DNA of 64,000 bases from Eutreptiella sp. 'Long Island Sound 2002' (taxonomy: Eukaryota > Protista > Euglenida). The notes beneath the pieces are model-generated. The model was not told the DNA's origin, did no database searches, and saw only the letters and a list, made by a program, of their open reading frames with translations. Location of the stretch: contig OZ038378.1 in the NCBI GenBank assembly GCA_964036045.1, positions 20,956,001 to 21,020,000 of the forward strand, in the 5' to 3' direction. The translations under genes were made by a program, and so were the position numbers. This document shows, in pieces, positions 31,056 to 43,900 of the stretch. The first letter of the stretch is position 1; every line of letters starts with the position of its first letter.

Positions 31056-34000
31056 GGCTGGGGGACAGGGTATGGTCTGCAGAGCACATAGAAATGTGTG
31101 GTGGTGAGGGCAGCACGGGCCGGACAGTGCGACAAACGGCGCTGCAGCTCAGGCAGAAGGCAGAAGGCAGAGGGTGGAACTGTGCAACAGATTCCAAATC
31201 AGTGGGCATTTCAGTCAAAATAGCCCAGGGACGAACACACACACCACCCGCATCAACGTGGGCACCACCTCCAGATCTTCCTTCCTCACACACCCCATAC
31301 CTACTCCCTTTTCGCATCCGCTTCCTCTTACCTGCTCCTTGCTACCAACCCCTCAACACCTGCTCCTTTTCCCAGCGAGCAACCCCCAAGCACCTCCTCC
31401 GCACCCGCTCCCTCCTGGGCTCCCTCCTAGCACCATTCACCGGTGTTGAATCGCAGCAGAGCTACAAGTGAGACTTGAGGGCCTGCAGCCTTGTGCAATC
31501 GGAGCAAAATCCATGGTGGCGAGGCTCTCAAGGGGCATGGTGCGGTATTCGAGTTGTTCCCTCTCACCAAGAAAGAGAAACAACATGGCAGCAAGTTTGG
31601 CTTTAAGAAGTCTACTGCGTGCTTGACTTTCGTTTACACCAAACTGGTTACCGAGGGAAGTGTCACTCATGGTTTTGCTTGCATGGTACGGTACAGCTAC
31701 AACACTGGTAGACATAGACATCCACATAAACTCACAGGAGGTGGGAGGAGGAGCTGCGGCCGATCACCGCTACTGTTTCTTTTCCATTCGCCATGCAAGG
31801 CGGCCTCCCATGAGTGCTTCGCACTCTTGGGCCCCGGTTGTCTTGGGTGGCGAACGCCAACTGTCAATTCCCAACAATTTTAGGGTCAGTGCATACATGT
31901 GTGAGCACAACATAAGGCTTTGGAGAACAAATACAAGACATCACACACCATACAGGAAACAAGCGCAAAGGCTTTGATTACCCAAGACTTGGAACCACCC
32001 CTCTTGCGAGGACAACGATGAAAATCCAAAATTTGCGGAAACAACACCTACTGTTGTTTACACAAGGGGGGGGAGGGGGGGTTGAAGTAGGGCAAAATAG
32101 CACTGACCACACAAATGACTGCCACTGGCTAAGGGGCCAACCAGCTGCAACCGGCGTGCATGGGCGTCGGTTGCTGAGGGGGCAGGGGATACCCCTCCCC
32201 TCCCTATGTGCCATAAAGTCCAAATACAATTTTTTGCGGTGCATGACAGTCAACTGTTAATCATTGGAGTGTCTGCAATGCAGCTATTTGGACATTACCG
32301 TTTGAGTTTCTCGATGGGTCTCGGCAGCACAAATAGGATCCATATCTCCATATATCCTCCCCGTGGGTTGGCCTGCACTGGCGTGTGGGCAGCCCCCTGG
32401 CCATTGTGTGGTGCTCACTTTGTGTAGCCCCCACCCCCCCCCCAAGGGGGGGGGAATGGTGCACAACAACACCAAACAAAACCCAAGCGGGAGCTTTGCT
32501 CGACTATAAGCGGCAGTTCTTGCTCCAATATGCAGAACCATGCAGGGGACTCCTTTTGTGCGTCATGGCATTCACCGGCGCATGCGCTCAACTTGGCTCT
32601 GCGCCACTCCCCCACCCCTTGTCCCCCCTTGGGACGCCATGGCTTCGTCCCCACCCATCAGTGGGGCACAGACACTCTATGACACAAAAGTGCGGCACAG
32701 TCCCGGGCATGTGGCACTACACCCCATTGGGTCAGTACACAGAGTTCCACCACCCACTGTCCCCTCCAGTGTAGCATCCACTGCAACTGGCACAGTGCGC
32801 AGTGCAACTGGCAGTGCCTCGTGGGCAACAAATGGCTCATCGGGCCATGCTCTAATACCCTTGAAAATGACCCATTTAGAAACCGAAAAATGGCCAAGAA
32901 GCGGTCCAAATGAGTTTTTCGGGAAGTGCTCCAAAACCAAAACCATGCTGGTACAAGCCCGCAATCGTTGAATCAGGGATGTATTGGGCGCACAGAAAAG
33001 CCCGTTTTTGTGCTTCGCTATCCCAGTCAGACCAAAAGGCTTGCACCCTCTGCCACGCAGATGGGGTCCCTTCAGACTCACCTCATTCTCTAACTTTTGA
33101 CTGCATGTTTGATTCGGTACATAGTCCTTCCTTGATCCAAACCCATCAAGGGTATTTATAAAACACAGGTCCCTCCCGCTGACAGGACTTCCTTGATCTG
33201 GCAATGGTTTAAAATTTGGGGGCAGGGGTTCATCACTCAAGGGTGACCAATAGGGCTTGGGGTCCCAACACTTTAGCCTCCCGAAGGTCCCTTGACAGGC
33301 GAACGGGAACTGTTGCTAATCCACTCCCTTCCTTGGCCCAAAATCGTCTAGCCTGACAACCCACATCTCCCACAATACTTTATACCAAGTCCATTTCTCA
33401 CTACCATTTGGTCTGTCCAGATAGCTTCTCATCTTAAGCCTGCCACATCCAGCAAACACAGTGGCCCTGCCTCTATTTGCCATCCTCTGTAACCACGCCG
33501 ACCACCCCACCAAGGACGTTCTCTCATGAAGAACAAACAAGCATCTATCCGTACTCTGTAGAAACGCTTCGAGGTGGGCAAACGTGTCAGGCTCCCAAAG
33601 ATCTGTTCTAACGAAGGCCCTATCCGGTAGGTGTGAATTTGTAGCCTGAAGGTCCCAGGGAGGTCCTCCAAACGGAAGAAGAGGACGAAGAACAGGGTAA
33701 TGAAGTGGAAGAGCTCCATAAGACAGAGTCTGAGAAGGTTTTCAACGAAGCTGTAGCTCTTATGAATGGCACTAGGAGCCCTTGGTTGACAACCGCCATT
33801 AAGCGCTATGTGCAATTCAAGTAGAGAGAGTCAAAAGTTCGGAAGTTGCATCACTCTCCACCTCCTCCACCTCCTGCCGCTGCCCCTGTCCCAGCCCCTA
33901 CCCCTGCTGCCCCTGCCCTCTTTCAACAGCCAGGGCAAGTGTGATTTCTACCCTTGAGCAGCCACAAACAATTGTTAATGGGCAGATGAAGATGTTCACA

Positions 34001-34142
34001 TGTGTTTTGGTGCATGTCTCTGTAACTGTGTCGCTTATGGCAACCGTGTCTCTTGACAACTTTCTCGTCTCCCCAAAGGTGAATCCACCGTGTCACTTAT
34101 AGAGGGGGAATTGCCCGGTACCATTTTCACAGGGGGGAGAGT

Positions 34143-34480
34143 AGTGTGCAAAATGCACATTGTGGAGTGTGCAGAGTGAAAAGTATGCTATGCAAAAAAG
34201 GCTGTGCGTAGGCTCTCATGTCACGAACTCAAGGGTACACAAGTGTGTGGGCTTGAAGTAGAGGCCTCTCATTTTGGAGAACGGAACATGCCAACCAAAC
34301 CAACGAGCGACATTACCGCAATTGTGCATAAAACACAACCGATTCAAGCAATAATACCCCCGTGTGTGCAATGTTGTGTTCGATTCTCGCAGCGAAAGAC
34401 ATCAAAGGATCATGCTACGCACAACACAAACTACTAGTGACCGACAATGTTTTCAAAATGCTTCACACACAAACAATGAC

Positions 34481-34511
<31 letters not shown>

Positions 34512-37500
34512 TGAGTGAGTGAGAGAGAGAGAGAGAGAGTTGGCGCATGCAAAGGAGCTAAAAAAGGCTTTTGGAGAATTCATCAGGCTGAAAACCACAA
34601 CGTGATCAATTCACATTCATTGATGGCCTAATCCCAAACACATACCTCTACGTTGTGGACTACAATGTTACGTCTAATGATGGGCGCGTGTGTTGTACAC
34701 AATCACATGATCATTTGAAGACGTTGTTGTTGTTGCTTCAGTTCTTGCACGCTTGACTCGTTCAGTATGTAAACGAATCCTCCCTTGCGCATAATGTCTA
34801 CAACTGAAACTCGGGAGCGTCACTGATCCAATTATGGCCGCTGTTTTGTCTTGTCCCGCTTTTGGTCTGATTTCTTACCTAGGAGGTTGGAGCTGTCCAA
34901 GAAAAAAGGAGTCTTAGTATGTCTTTTGTGCTTGCCCTGCAACGAGTGTGGGGTAACGGCAAAAATCAGAGTTGTTTGAACTGGCAAAAGGTACCATGAC
35001 CAAGTACACACCACTTGCAAGGTGTTGTGCCATATTGTAGGGTGTGCCGTCACGGGTTGCTTGGTTGGTGCGTGTGTGGTGTGTTCGGTGTGTGCTTGCA
35101 ATGGGCAAGTGTTGTTGTGTTGTGGGCTTCTTCACGCCTTCGTGGGTTTGAGCTCCAAGATGTGGTCTCGGTTGTCGTGGGCTGTCCATTGTGGGTTTAT
35201 TGCATGTATTTTGTCTTTGTGCATTGTCCTACATTAAGCGGTCTCAAATGGCCATGACCTATGTGACACAATGGTGAACGTGTTCAAAGCAAATGGTCAC
35301 CAGCGTGTCTCCTCCTTTAGAACATCGATGAATAGGGTGAGCCCAAGGTTGTAGGAGTCAAACAACAGCAAATCCTCAGGTGATCATTAGGCTGCAGAGC
35401 GAAAAATAACAACAAGGCGCCGCAAAGATTTCATGCGCCAAAGGCACATGCGAGCGCGTGGACCAGCGCAGATCAACCCGCGTGAGCACTATACCGACCC
35501 CTTTAAGATCCCCTCCTGCCGGCAACAAGAATGGTGAGAAACAATTGTTGGTGGCAAGAAGCGTGCAACAGTGGGGTTTGACTTAGCAGTCTAGCACTCC
35601 CCCACCACTCCCTCAAATGTGGGAAAAAAACTTAAATTTGGGGACTGGTTGCAAAGTGTTTTTTGGACCTAGGAGAGTAGGAAACAACAAACTCATCTCG
35701 ACACCGAGCGCCGGTGCTAAGCCAATGCAACCCTCGACCATTGTGTGCCCCAACACGTGCAAAAGTCCCAAATATCGCAGGTTCATTTCGACGATACCAG
35801 CCGAACTATTGCACATCACACTAGGTCGTTCCGAGCAACTACTACAACTAGTTCAGCGTTCAAATCAAAATCACATTTGAATTGCTAAAGTGGAGGCCAC
35901 CGAAATTCCGAAATTTGCAGCGAAAAGGAGTGAATTTTTATGACAAAAAAATTGCAGCATCTGGTGATACTATGCTCCTCACTGCCCCAATTGCATGAGC
36001 GCATGGCAAAAGGTGTGGAGCACCGTGAGTTTGGTAGAATAGGATGTTTGCTTTGTTGCATATGTGTGGTGTTTGCAATTCCGCATGCATTGGTGGTTAG
36101 ATGACTTTATTATGCGCCGCTAAGCCCAAGATATAGTGAAAACATGGTTCCAGAACCCTACCGTACCAGAGAGCTGTGCAGCGAGGGGGGGGGGGGGGGG
36201 GCAAAAGAGGTGGGGCCGGTTCCTGAACGGTGGCGCGAAAAGGGGGGAGTTGGTATGACACATGCACATGACACATGACACATGACACATGTACACATAT
36301 ACACCTAATGGGATCTTTTGAATCATTCGGGGGAGAAAGTCCCATATCTCAATCCTTCGACCCCTTGAGCCCTGACCACTGTACTGCTGGTGCGGCGTGC
36401 GGGTACGCGAGAACGTCGCTGGTGCACACGATTCCTCAGCCACCGCGCCTGCGCGCGACCATCAAACTCCGCGACTGACAAACTCGATTGGGGAATGGAG
36501 TTGCCATGGAAGGCCCATGGTATTTAGTGTAGGTTTCAGTATCGCACATGTTGCGAGAGTTTCCAGTATGCACATCTTCCGGCAGTTCCTCACGATGTGG
36601 GGGCCATGTGGGCATTTTTCAATGAGAGTACATACAAGGCGTGACCATGATGTATTCGGCAAGCGAACACAAAGCGCTATGCCTGGATTCCCGAAAAACA
36701 TTCCATTTCAGTTTGTTTATGTTCATAATTTCTTGCATTGACGAGACCAGGTTCGCCTGGATAATGTCCGCGGGATGGTGCAAGAACCGAAGGTCAAAGG
36801 CTATCCGGGGACCTGGTGGAAGGGTAGTTTTTCCACCTCCTTGCATCGCTTTGGCATGCCGCCACAACAACTGGCCCCGGCCCATCGATGGTGGTTCTCA
36901 TTGTTGCCAGTGACCTCACAGGCTCCCCTTGTTACTTTAGAGGTGGGGCCTTTTGTGGCGTATTGCTCTTTCTTTTGCGAGGTCAAACATGCGGGCGTGT
37001 GTGCACACCATATGGTCAGGTCATGTTGCATGAATTAACTCACCCCTCACTCATTTCTTTGATGATCGAATGAACGAAAAAAAATACATAACCTCGTTGT
37101 GGCACTTAGAATATTTGTGGCCCAATTCTTATGTTGTGCCGTGTGCCTTTCGCCGCCAAAGGAGTTTCATTTAGATGGGATTTGGGTTGAGAACCATGGA
37201 CAAGATCAACCCCGTGGAAATTCTTCATGTCCCATTGTGTCCTTGTGTCCTGTATAAGCTACACACACACGGTTGTTTGTATCCACCATTGCTTTCGACG
37301 CAAGCATACCTGGGGATGGATGTGCATAGTTATTTGTGCATGTGTGGACCACCATCGACGCCCATGACACGTCGTGGATAAGCTTGATGATGATGCTGAG
37401 CATCGTCTCTTTTACACGGTGACCAAAAACCGAAGCCTGCACTATGGCGCGAACAGATATCTTGGGCCCTTTTCATCGATGTTCGAAAGGAGGAGATACG

Positions 37501-38588
37501 CTGGTGAACATTTGCATCAAACATGTGTAATACTGCGTCACATAGGTCATGGCCGTTTGAGAACGCTTATTGTTGCTATGCGCACGTTACACCCGCCCGA
37601 TACAGACTACACAATGCACAAAGACAAAATACCACCAATAAACCCACAACCCACAACAACACAGCTTGCAATATGGCACAACACCTTGCAAGTGGTGGGT
37701 ACCTTTTGCCGCTTCAACTTTGATTTTTGCCGTCACCCCACACTCGTTGCAAGGGCAAGCACAAAAGACATAGAGAGACAAAAGACATACTAGGACTCCT
37801 TAGTTAGACATCCTCCTCGGTAAGAAATCAAACCAAAAGTGGGAGAAGACAAAACAACGGCCATAATTGGATCAGTGGCGCGCCCGAGTTCCAGTTGTAG
37901 ACATTATGCGCAAGGTAACGAGTCAAGCTTGCAAGAACCGAAGCGACAACAACAACGTCTTCAAATGATCATGTGATTGTGTACAACACACGCGCCCATC
38001 ATTAGACGTAACATTGAAGTCCACAACGTAGAGGTGTGTGTTTGGGATTAGGCCATCAATGAATGTGAATTGATCACGTTGTGGTTTTCAGCCTGATGAA
38101 TTCTCCAAAAGCCTTTTTTTAGCTCCTTTGCATGCGCCAACTCTCTCTCTCTCTCTTTCTCTCTCGTCATTGTTTGTGTGTGAAGCATTTTGAAAACATT
38201 GTCGGTCACTAGTAGTTTGTGTTGTGCGTAGCATGATCCTTTGATGTCTTTCGCTGCGAGAATCGAACACAACATTGCACACACGGGGGTATTATTGCTT
38301 GAATCGGTTGTGTTTTATGCACAATTGCGGTAATGTCGCTCGTGCATTGTTTGTTTGCACTAGCCTCATGGGCATGGCCGTGTTTGTCTGAGGAGTTTTT
38401 GTACTTGTGCTCGCCCCTTGCAGCCGGTTGGTTTGGTTGGCATGTTCCGTTCTCGGAAATGAGAGGCCTCTGCTTCAAGCCCACACACTTGTGTACCCTT
38501 GAGTTCGTGACATGAGAGCCTACGCACAGCCTTTTTTGCATAGCATACTTTTCACTCTGCACACTCCACGATGTGCATTTTGCACACT
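34143..38588. repeat. Long inverted repeat: arms ~34143-35348 and ~37461-38588; outer pair ~32830-33000 / ~38690-38850
   Basis: The same peptide TSDITAIVHKTQPIQ...HNTNY appears in ORFs 34204(+) and 38209(-); a (GA)n tract at ~34480 mirrors (TC)n at ~38140; the arms were traced by eye. Confidence 0.9.
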
Positions 38589-40959
38589 TTGCACTGCAGT
38601 GCTAGTTGTGCATTGTGCATCCCGGACACTACACACCAAAAATTGGCACTTTGTATTATGGCCAGTGCACGATCTAAACGCTTTGCACAGTGCGCACTCC
38701 CAAATGTCCCGAAAAAAAAACATCCCCGATTCAACGATTGCGGGCTTGTACCAGCATGGTTTCGGTTTCGGAGCACTTCCCGAAAAACTCATTTGGACCG
38801 GTTCTTGGCCATTTTCAAGGGTATTGGAGCTGGCCCATTTGCCCATGCCCCTTTGCCTTGTTCCCCACTACTATTGCTTGCACTATGAGCTTCTTGTGGT
38901 TCGTCTCTCACATAATGCCTTTGTTGAGCGAATGAAGCTTTGCACGCGACACTGCTCTGCATCCTTATAACGACAAGCAAAGTTTTTGTAGCGTAAGAAT
39001 ATCATTTTTACCACATGGATGTCCCAATATTGTTGCAAAAAGTAATTTTTGACAGTTGTTCGACACCGCCCGTAATCTCACATGCACAATGCGCTACAAC
39101 CGCTTGCACAAGGGGTTGGTATGTGCATGATGTGCATGAGGCCTACCAACGTGGTTCATCATGCTTCCCACCAGTATAAGTTCTAAAGGCACTCAAACAC
39201 TCAAACATAATGGGCAACCGCTCCCGTTTTGGGTAATGGTTGGTTCCAATGTTGGAGCGCCATGTGCACGTGTCTCTCACCGCCATGGCCAATTTCGTCG
39301 TTATTTGTTCCCAACCATATTCTTGCCGTGCAAGTTTTTGCATGCAAAGTAGTTTCAAGCATTTTTGCAGTTGCTATTTCCGGAAGCTGTCCGGCCATTT
39401 GATGGTGATGTTGGCAAAATTTGTTGTCTAAGCCGCCATTTCCAACGATAGAGGCATGAGGTGCGCGAATGATATAGGGATAATATCTACTTTGCTATGG
39501 CGGGCATCTCCCCCTTTCTCGAGGCCCCCACTTTATTTTTGATTGAGCAATTGACTGCGGTGTTGTACAATATCCCACTGAAGTGGGAACCCCATGGGAG
39601 TGTTACTACGTGGGGAGAAGCATCTATGCTTCTTGAGCAGCATATGGGATTTTTCAAGCACAGTTTTGGTCTGCAGAGAAAAGGAGTTGTTCAAAAACTC
39701 AGTGACTGGGTCACAGGGACAGTGACAGCAGAGTGGGAAAACTGGGTCGACGCCCACTCGCCCAATGCACGGATGGTGTTGCGCTCCCTTCTGCCCTCTT
39801 TGCTGTCTAAGTCTCTCCTGTATGCCTTGAACAAACGAGATGTCGTATCCAACATGCGATCACTTCTGTGGGGCCTTGGTGTGAAAAGATATCCAGACCA
39901 GTGGTGGAGACCTGCCCTGCATCGCTTCTTTCACAGATTCCGGCTTCACAGGGTGGTAGGTTTTAAAACCATGATGTGCTGGTACCAAGAAGGGCGACAG
40001 GTTCTCAGTGTGTGACCTCGTTCTCTGTGCCAGACGCTTTGTTGGTTGAAGCGCCAGTGGCGAGTTCGCTGCGGCGTTTCCCACGGTGTCTGTGCATGGA
40101 GACGTCGTGACCAACTAGCCCTATGCACATGGCATGAATGGCATGGGTGAGGACGTTGGTACCAAGGAGGACGACAGCTTCTCGGCGTATGACGGTTTTC
40201 TTTGCTGGATCTAACCCTATTGACATTACATGCATGACACGGTTGAGGACAAGTGAGATTGTTTGTTTCACATAATCTGGTGTTAGGGTGCAAGATACGA
40301 AAGACGGTGGACTAAGATGAGTAGAAGAACGTTGTTTCCCATACTTGATCTTCAGTCTATTGCAACTGATGAGTGTTTTGCTGCTTTGCTGCTCGCTGTA
40401 AAGCCCCCTTCTACTTGAACAACCTGGGTTGGCACATTGACAAGCCTTAGGGGTGCGTGAATCACCTAGATGAGAGCTTGCTACCTAAACTGCTACATCT
40501 TGGCTGAGAACAAATTAACATACTCCTTGTACCATGTTGTAACAATGCCAGCAATTGCTCTTTTCAATGTGGATCGCCCTTGTATGGCACACAATTTTTA
40601 CTATTGGAAACTTCACAGAAACCCGGAAGGAAATTACGGAACACGAGGAACACATCACCACCACAATTCCTTGGGGGTTATGGATTCTAACTAGCTGAAC
40701 TAGCCGATTGGGATGTGCTGTTGCTGACGGGACTTCTCAATGCTGGGAACGACTTGGTTATGTTTGCGGGCTAGTAGCAGGGCGGAGTTGGGCTGGGGGC
40801 TACGGCAAGGGGCTGTCTCGTGAGCACCACACTCGCTCGAATGCCTCCTACCCTCACAGCCCCGTGCATTTTTCCTTTCACTTGCTCCTACTGCCCGGGT
40901 GTCACGCCGCACGCTACATGGTGGCCCAATGCCTATGCGCGTGTCCGCCCACGCGCACC

Positions 40960-43900
40960 ATGACACTACTCTTGGTTTTCGTGCTACTCACGAGTGCACA
41001 GGCGGCATTTGTGGGTGTGAACCTCGGAGCTTGGCTTGTGATGGAGGACTGGATGCTGCCGGAGTATTTCTGGGACACGTCGCCACCAGATGAGCATGGC
41101 CTGATTCAACGCAAGGGTGGCAACACGAATGCCGATGCTATTGCTTTCATGCAGGTGCCACCTACAGTGAACCAGTGGCATGCCATCGCTTAATGTCATG
41201 CACGCCTAACTGCGGGGCACGTCTTGGGGGTTGAAAACGGTTGACATCCAGCAGCAAAACCTACCCACCCTTTTGTGCGAGTATGATGTTTTGTCTGCTC
41301 ATTGGATTCCGGGACACTGAAAATACCCCGGTTATTATTTTGTTGGCTCGAGTCCATCCTGACGCTTGTGCTGCGGTTGCTTTCCGCTGGATTGTTTCTC
41401 TTTCTGCTGACGGAAACCCAGTCGCAACACCAGCCCAGTCAACGCCCCTGCATGACATAGGGTGGCCTCCTTTTGCATCTCCGCAAGAACTGGAGCTCCT
41501 GGCGGCCTTTGCACCCACCCACCAAGAGGTCACTGACCTCCAGTCCTCGTTACACAATCTGTTTGCTGTCTAAGATACGGCGTGTCCAAGACACAGAGAG
41601 CGCGTAGTCTTAAATTGAGGCCTGATCTCATTCGGTCCTTGCCAGCATTCATTGTGGCAGGCCATTGCACTGGGGACCCAGGGGGTGGGCATAGTTTTGG
41701 TTGCGCAAGCCATGTTGTGACTCGGCGTGTGATCTGGCTACATGGTTGTGTGCGGTCTGGTGCGGGGCACCCGAATCTGGGTCATGGGGTTTTTTGGGGC
41801 GGGGTCCTACAACTACAACCTGGACTGGAGATCAGGTCGGTGTATACTCCTGGGTGGGTGGTTTGCTAAATCTCCAAAGGAAGCCACCGACACAAGAAGT
41901 GTTACACCGAATGTAGCAGCGAATGCTTTTTTCCTTGACCCCCCCCCCTCACCTGGACAACCAGGTGGCATGCCAAACCCCCCCCGGACCAGGCTATTGC
42001 TTAGTGGCGCATTCCCACCCCACCCCAGGGGGCCAGAGGCTGGAGATCTAAAATCGGCCTCCAATTTTCGGGCCCTTTGATAAATTCGTTTCTCTCCTCA
42101 GGAATGTTTTTCTGATGTGGGTGGGTTGGTCAGCTGAGGATGGCCAGGGCCCCCAACAATCCCCCTGGGTCATTAAGCGACCGCTTTCTTTGTCCCCCAC
42201 CCCCCAATGGCCGGGCAAAGCCAAGGGGCTCTTTTTCGGGCAATATGCTGAGCAACACGGAGAAAGTCCTCCGCGAAAAGACACCCCAGATGAAGCACTC
42301 CGGATGCCTTCACGAGTCACCTGCTTCACCTTGATAGTTCACAAGCACACAGCCAAGGCCCACTCACACGTACCTGGCCGCTACAGGGCCATCTTGCCTG
42401 GCAATGGAAGGCAACGCAGCAGGCCTCACACAGCAGGTTCAGAACCAGCAGAGCCGAACTGTGAATTAACAAGCACCTGCAGGTCGGATGACCCAACGTT
42501 TCGTCCATTGACTCCATTTCTCTCACATGTAGGCGGTACCACACAGTCACAACCATCACAGAACCTGCTTGCCACTGCTCATGGCACTGCCTAGTCTGCT
42601 TCTTCTGCACACTGATGTGTGCACTCTGGTGCTTACCTCAGTCTCCACGACACAACCAGACACCTCCTTTCCTGTTGCCTCTCTCTTGTGCAAGTGATAT
42701 TCATATAGGTATGGAGCAGCGAACGCTTCATCTGTTTTTATGTGCTTTGTTCTCTTATGCCTCATCTTCTGTCTCAACAATTTCATGGAATAATGAATTT
42801 GCTTTGCTTTCTTCTTAGTGCGCTCAGTCCTTGACCCTGCCCTTACTCTTGTTCCAGCCTCCTCTAGAGGATGGGGTGGGGTGGGGGGGTCTGGAAAAGG
42901 GCTCTCGAGACAGGCCAGTCCAGAGTGGCTCGTCTCAACACTAATGATGACTCCTCACCTCGGGCACAAAGCGGCCTGGAAGAAAGTTTTTCAAAAAAAC
43001 TCCCCTCTGATACCAAACCCAAAATTATCCGTGCATTGTGGGGATCATTTGGAGCCATATGTGTTGGGATACCTCAGGACACTCCCTCCCCCCCCCCCCC
43101 AACCGGCCTCCCTTTTACCCCACCCCAGCATGGGGAGAAGTGCCTTCGGCATGGGGCTGCTTCGGTACTGGGACACCCGGATTCTCCGGCCTACCGTAAG
43201 AGCAGGGTCACTTTTGTCCGGACTTGTTTGCGGGGGACTGTGCAAGCACAACTGCATTGTTGAACTCCCTCTCTTACAGTCACATTGGGACACTTTTGTG
43301 ACGGAGGCTGACGTGGACCAGATGGCCAATTTTGGCATCACGCATGTCCGCATTCCCATCGGATACTGGCTGCTGGATTGGAAGCAGGTGTGTGGTTGTG
43401 TGGGGTTTGTGGGTGTGGTGCAAATCGGAGTGGCACCCCCTCCCCGTCCATTCTCCGTGCTTGAGTAATGGGACACGGCGGACAACAGGAGGATGGACCG
43501 ATGTACACTCCTGCACACGCTGGCACATCCTTGTCTAAGCACGGCGACTCCTTCTGATCATTGTTTTTCTGACCACAGTCTTTGTGGTCAAGAATGCGGT
43601 TGTAGTGACTGGGCCATGCCTGTGAAGAGCTGTTGCCACTCATTACAACATTATGCTTGAGACTGCAACCTACTTCGGTCTATTGTGATGTTCAGCAAAT
43701 GCTGCTTTCATGGGGCCAAACCCCCATAAACCGCTTGCCTGTGGCCCGCGTGTCAGCACGCCTTTGTTTAAGCACGGGATCCCTGTTTGGAGGTGCTTGC
43801 GCAAGGAAGGGGCGGGGGAGGTCAACCTCTTGCGTACAAGGTAGCACGTGGCAACGTAGCCTGATTCGTTGGAGGTTTCCAGGGGGCGGTAAGGCAGGTG

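Noticed and set aside
31437-31977. Divergent gene upstream of the JMJD5-like gene
   Set aside because: Only short ORFs on both strands, with no recognisable domain or consistent exon chain.
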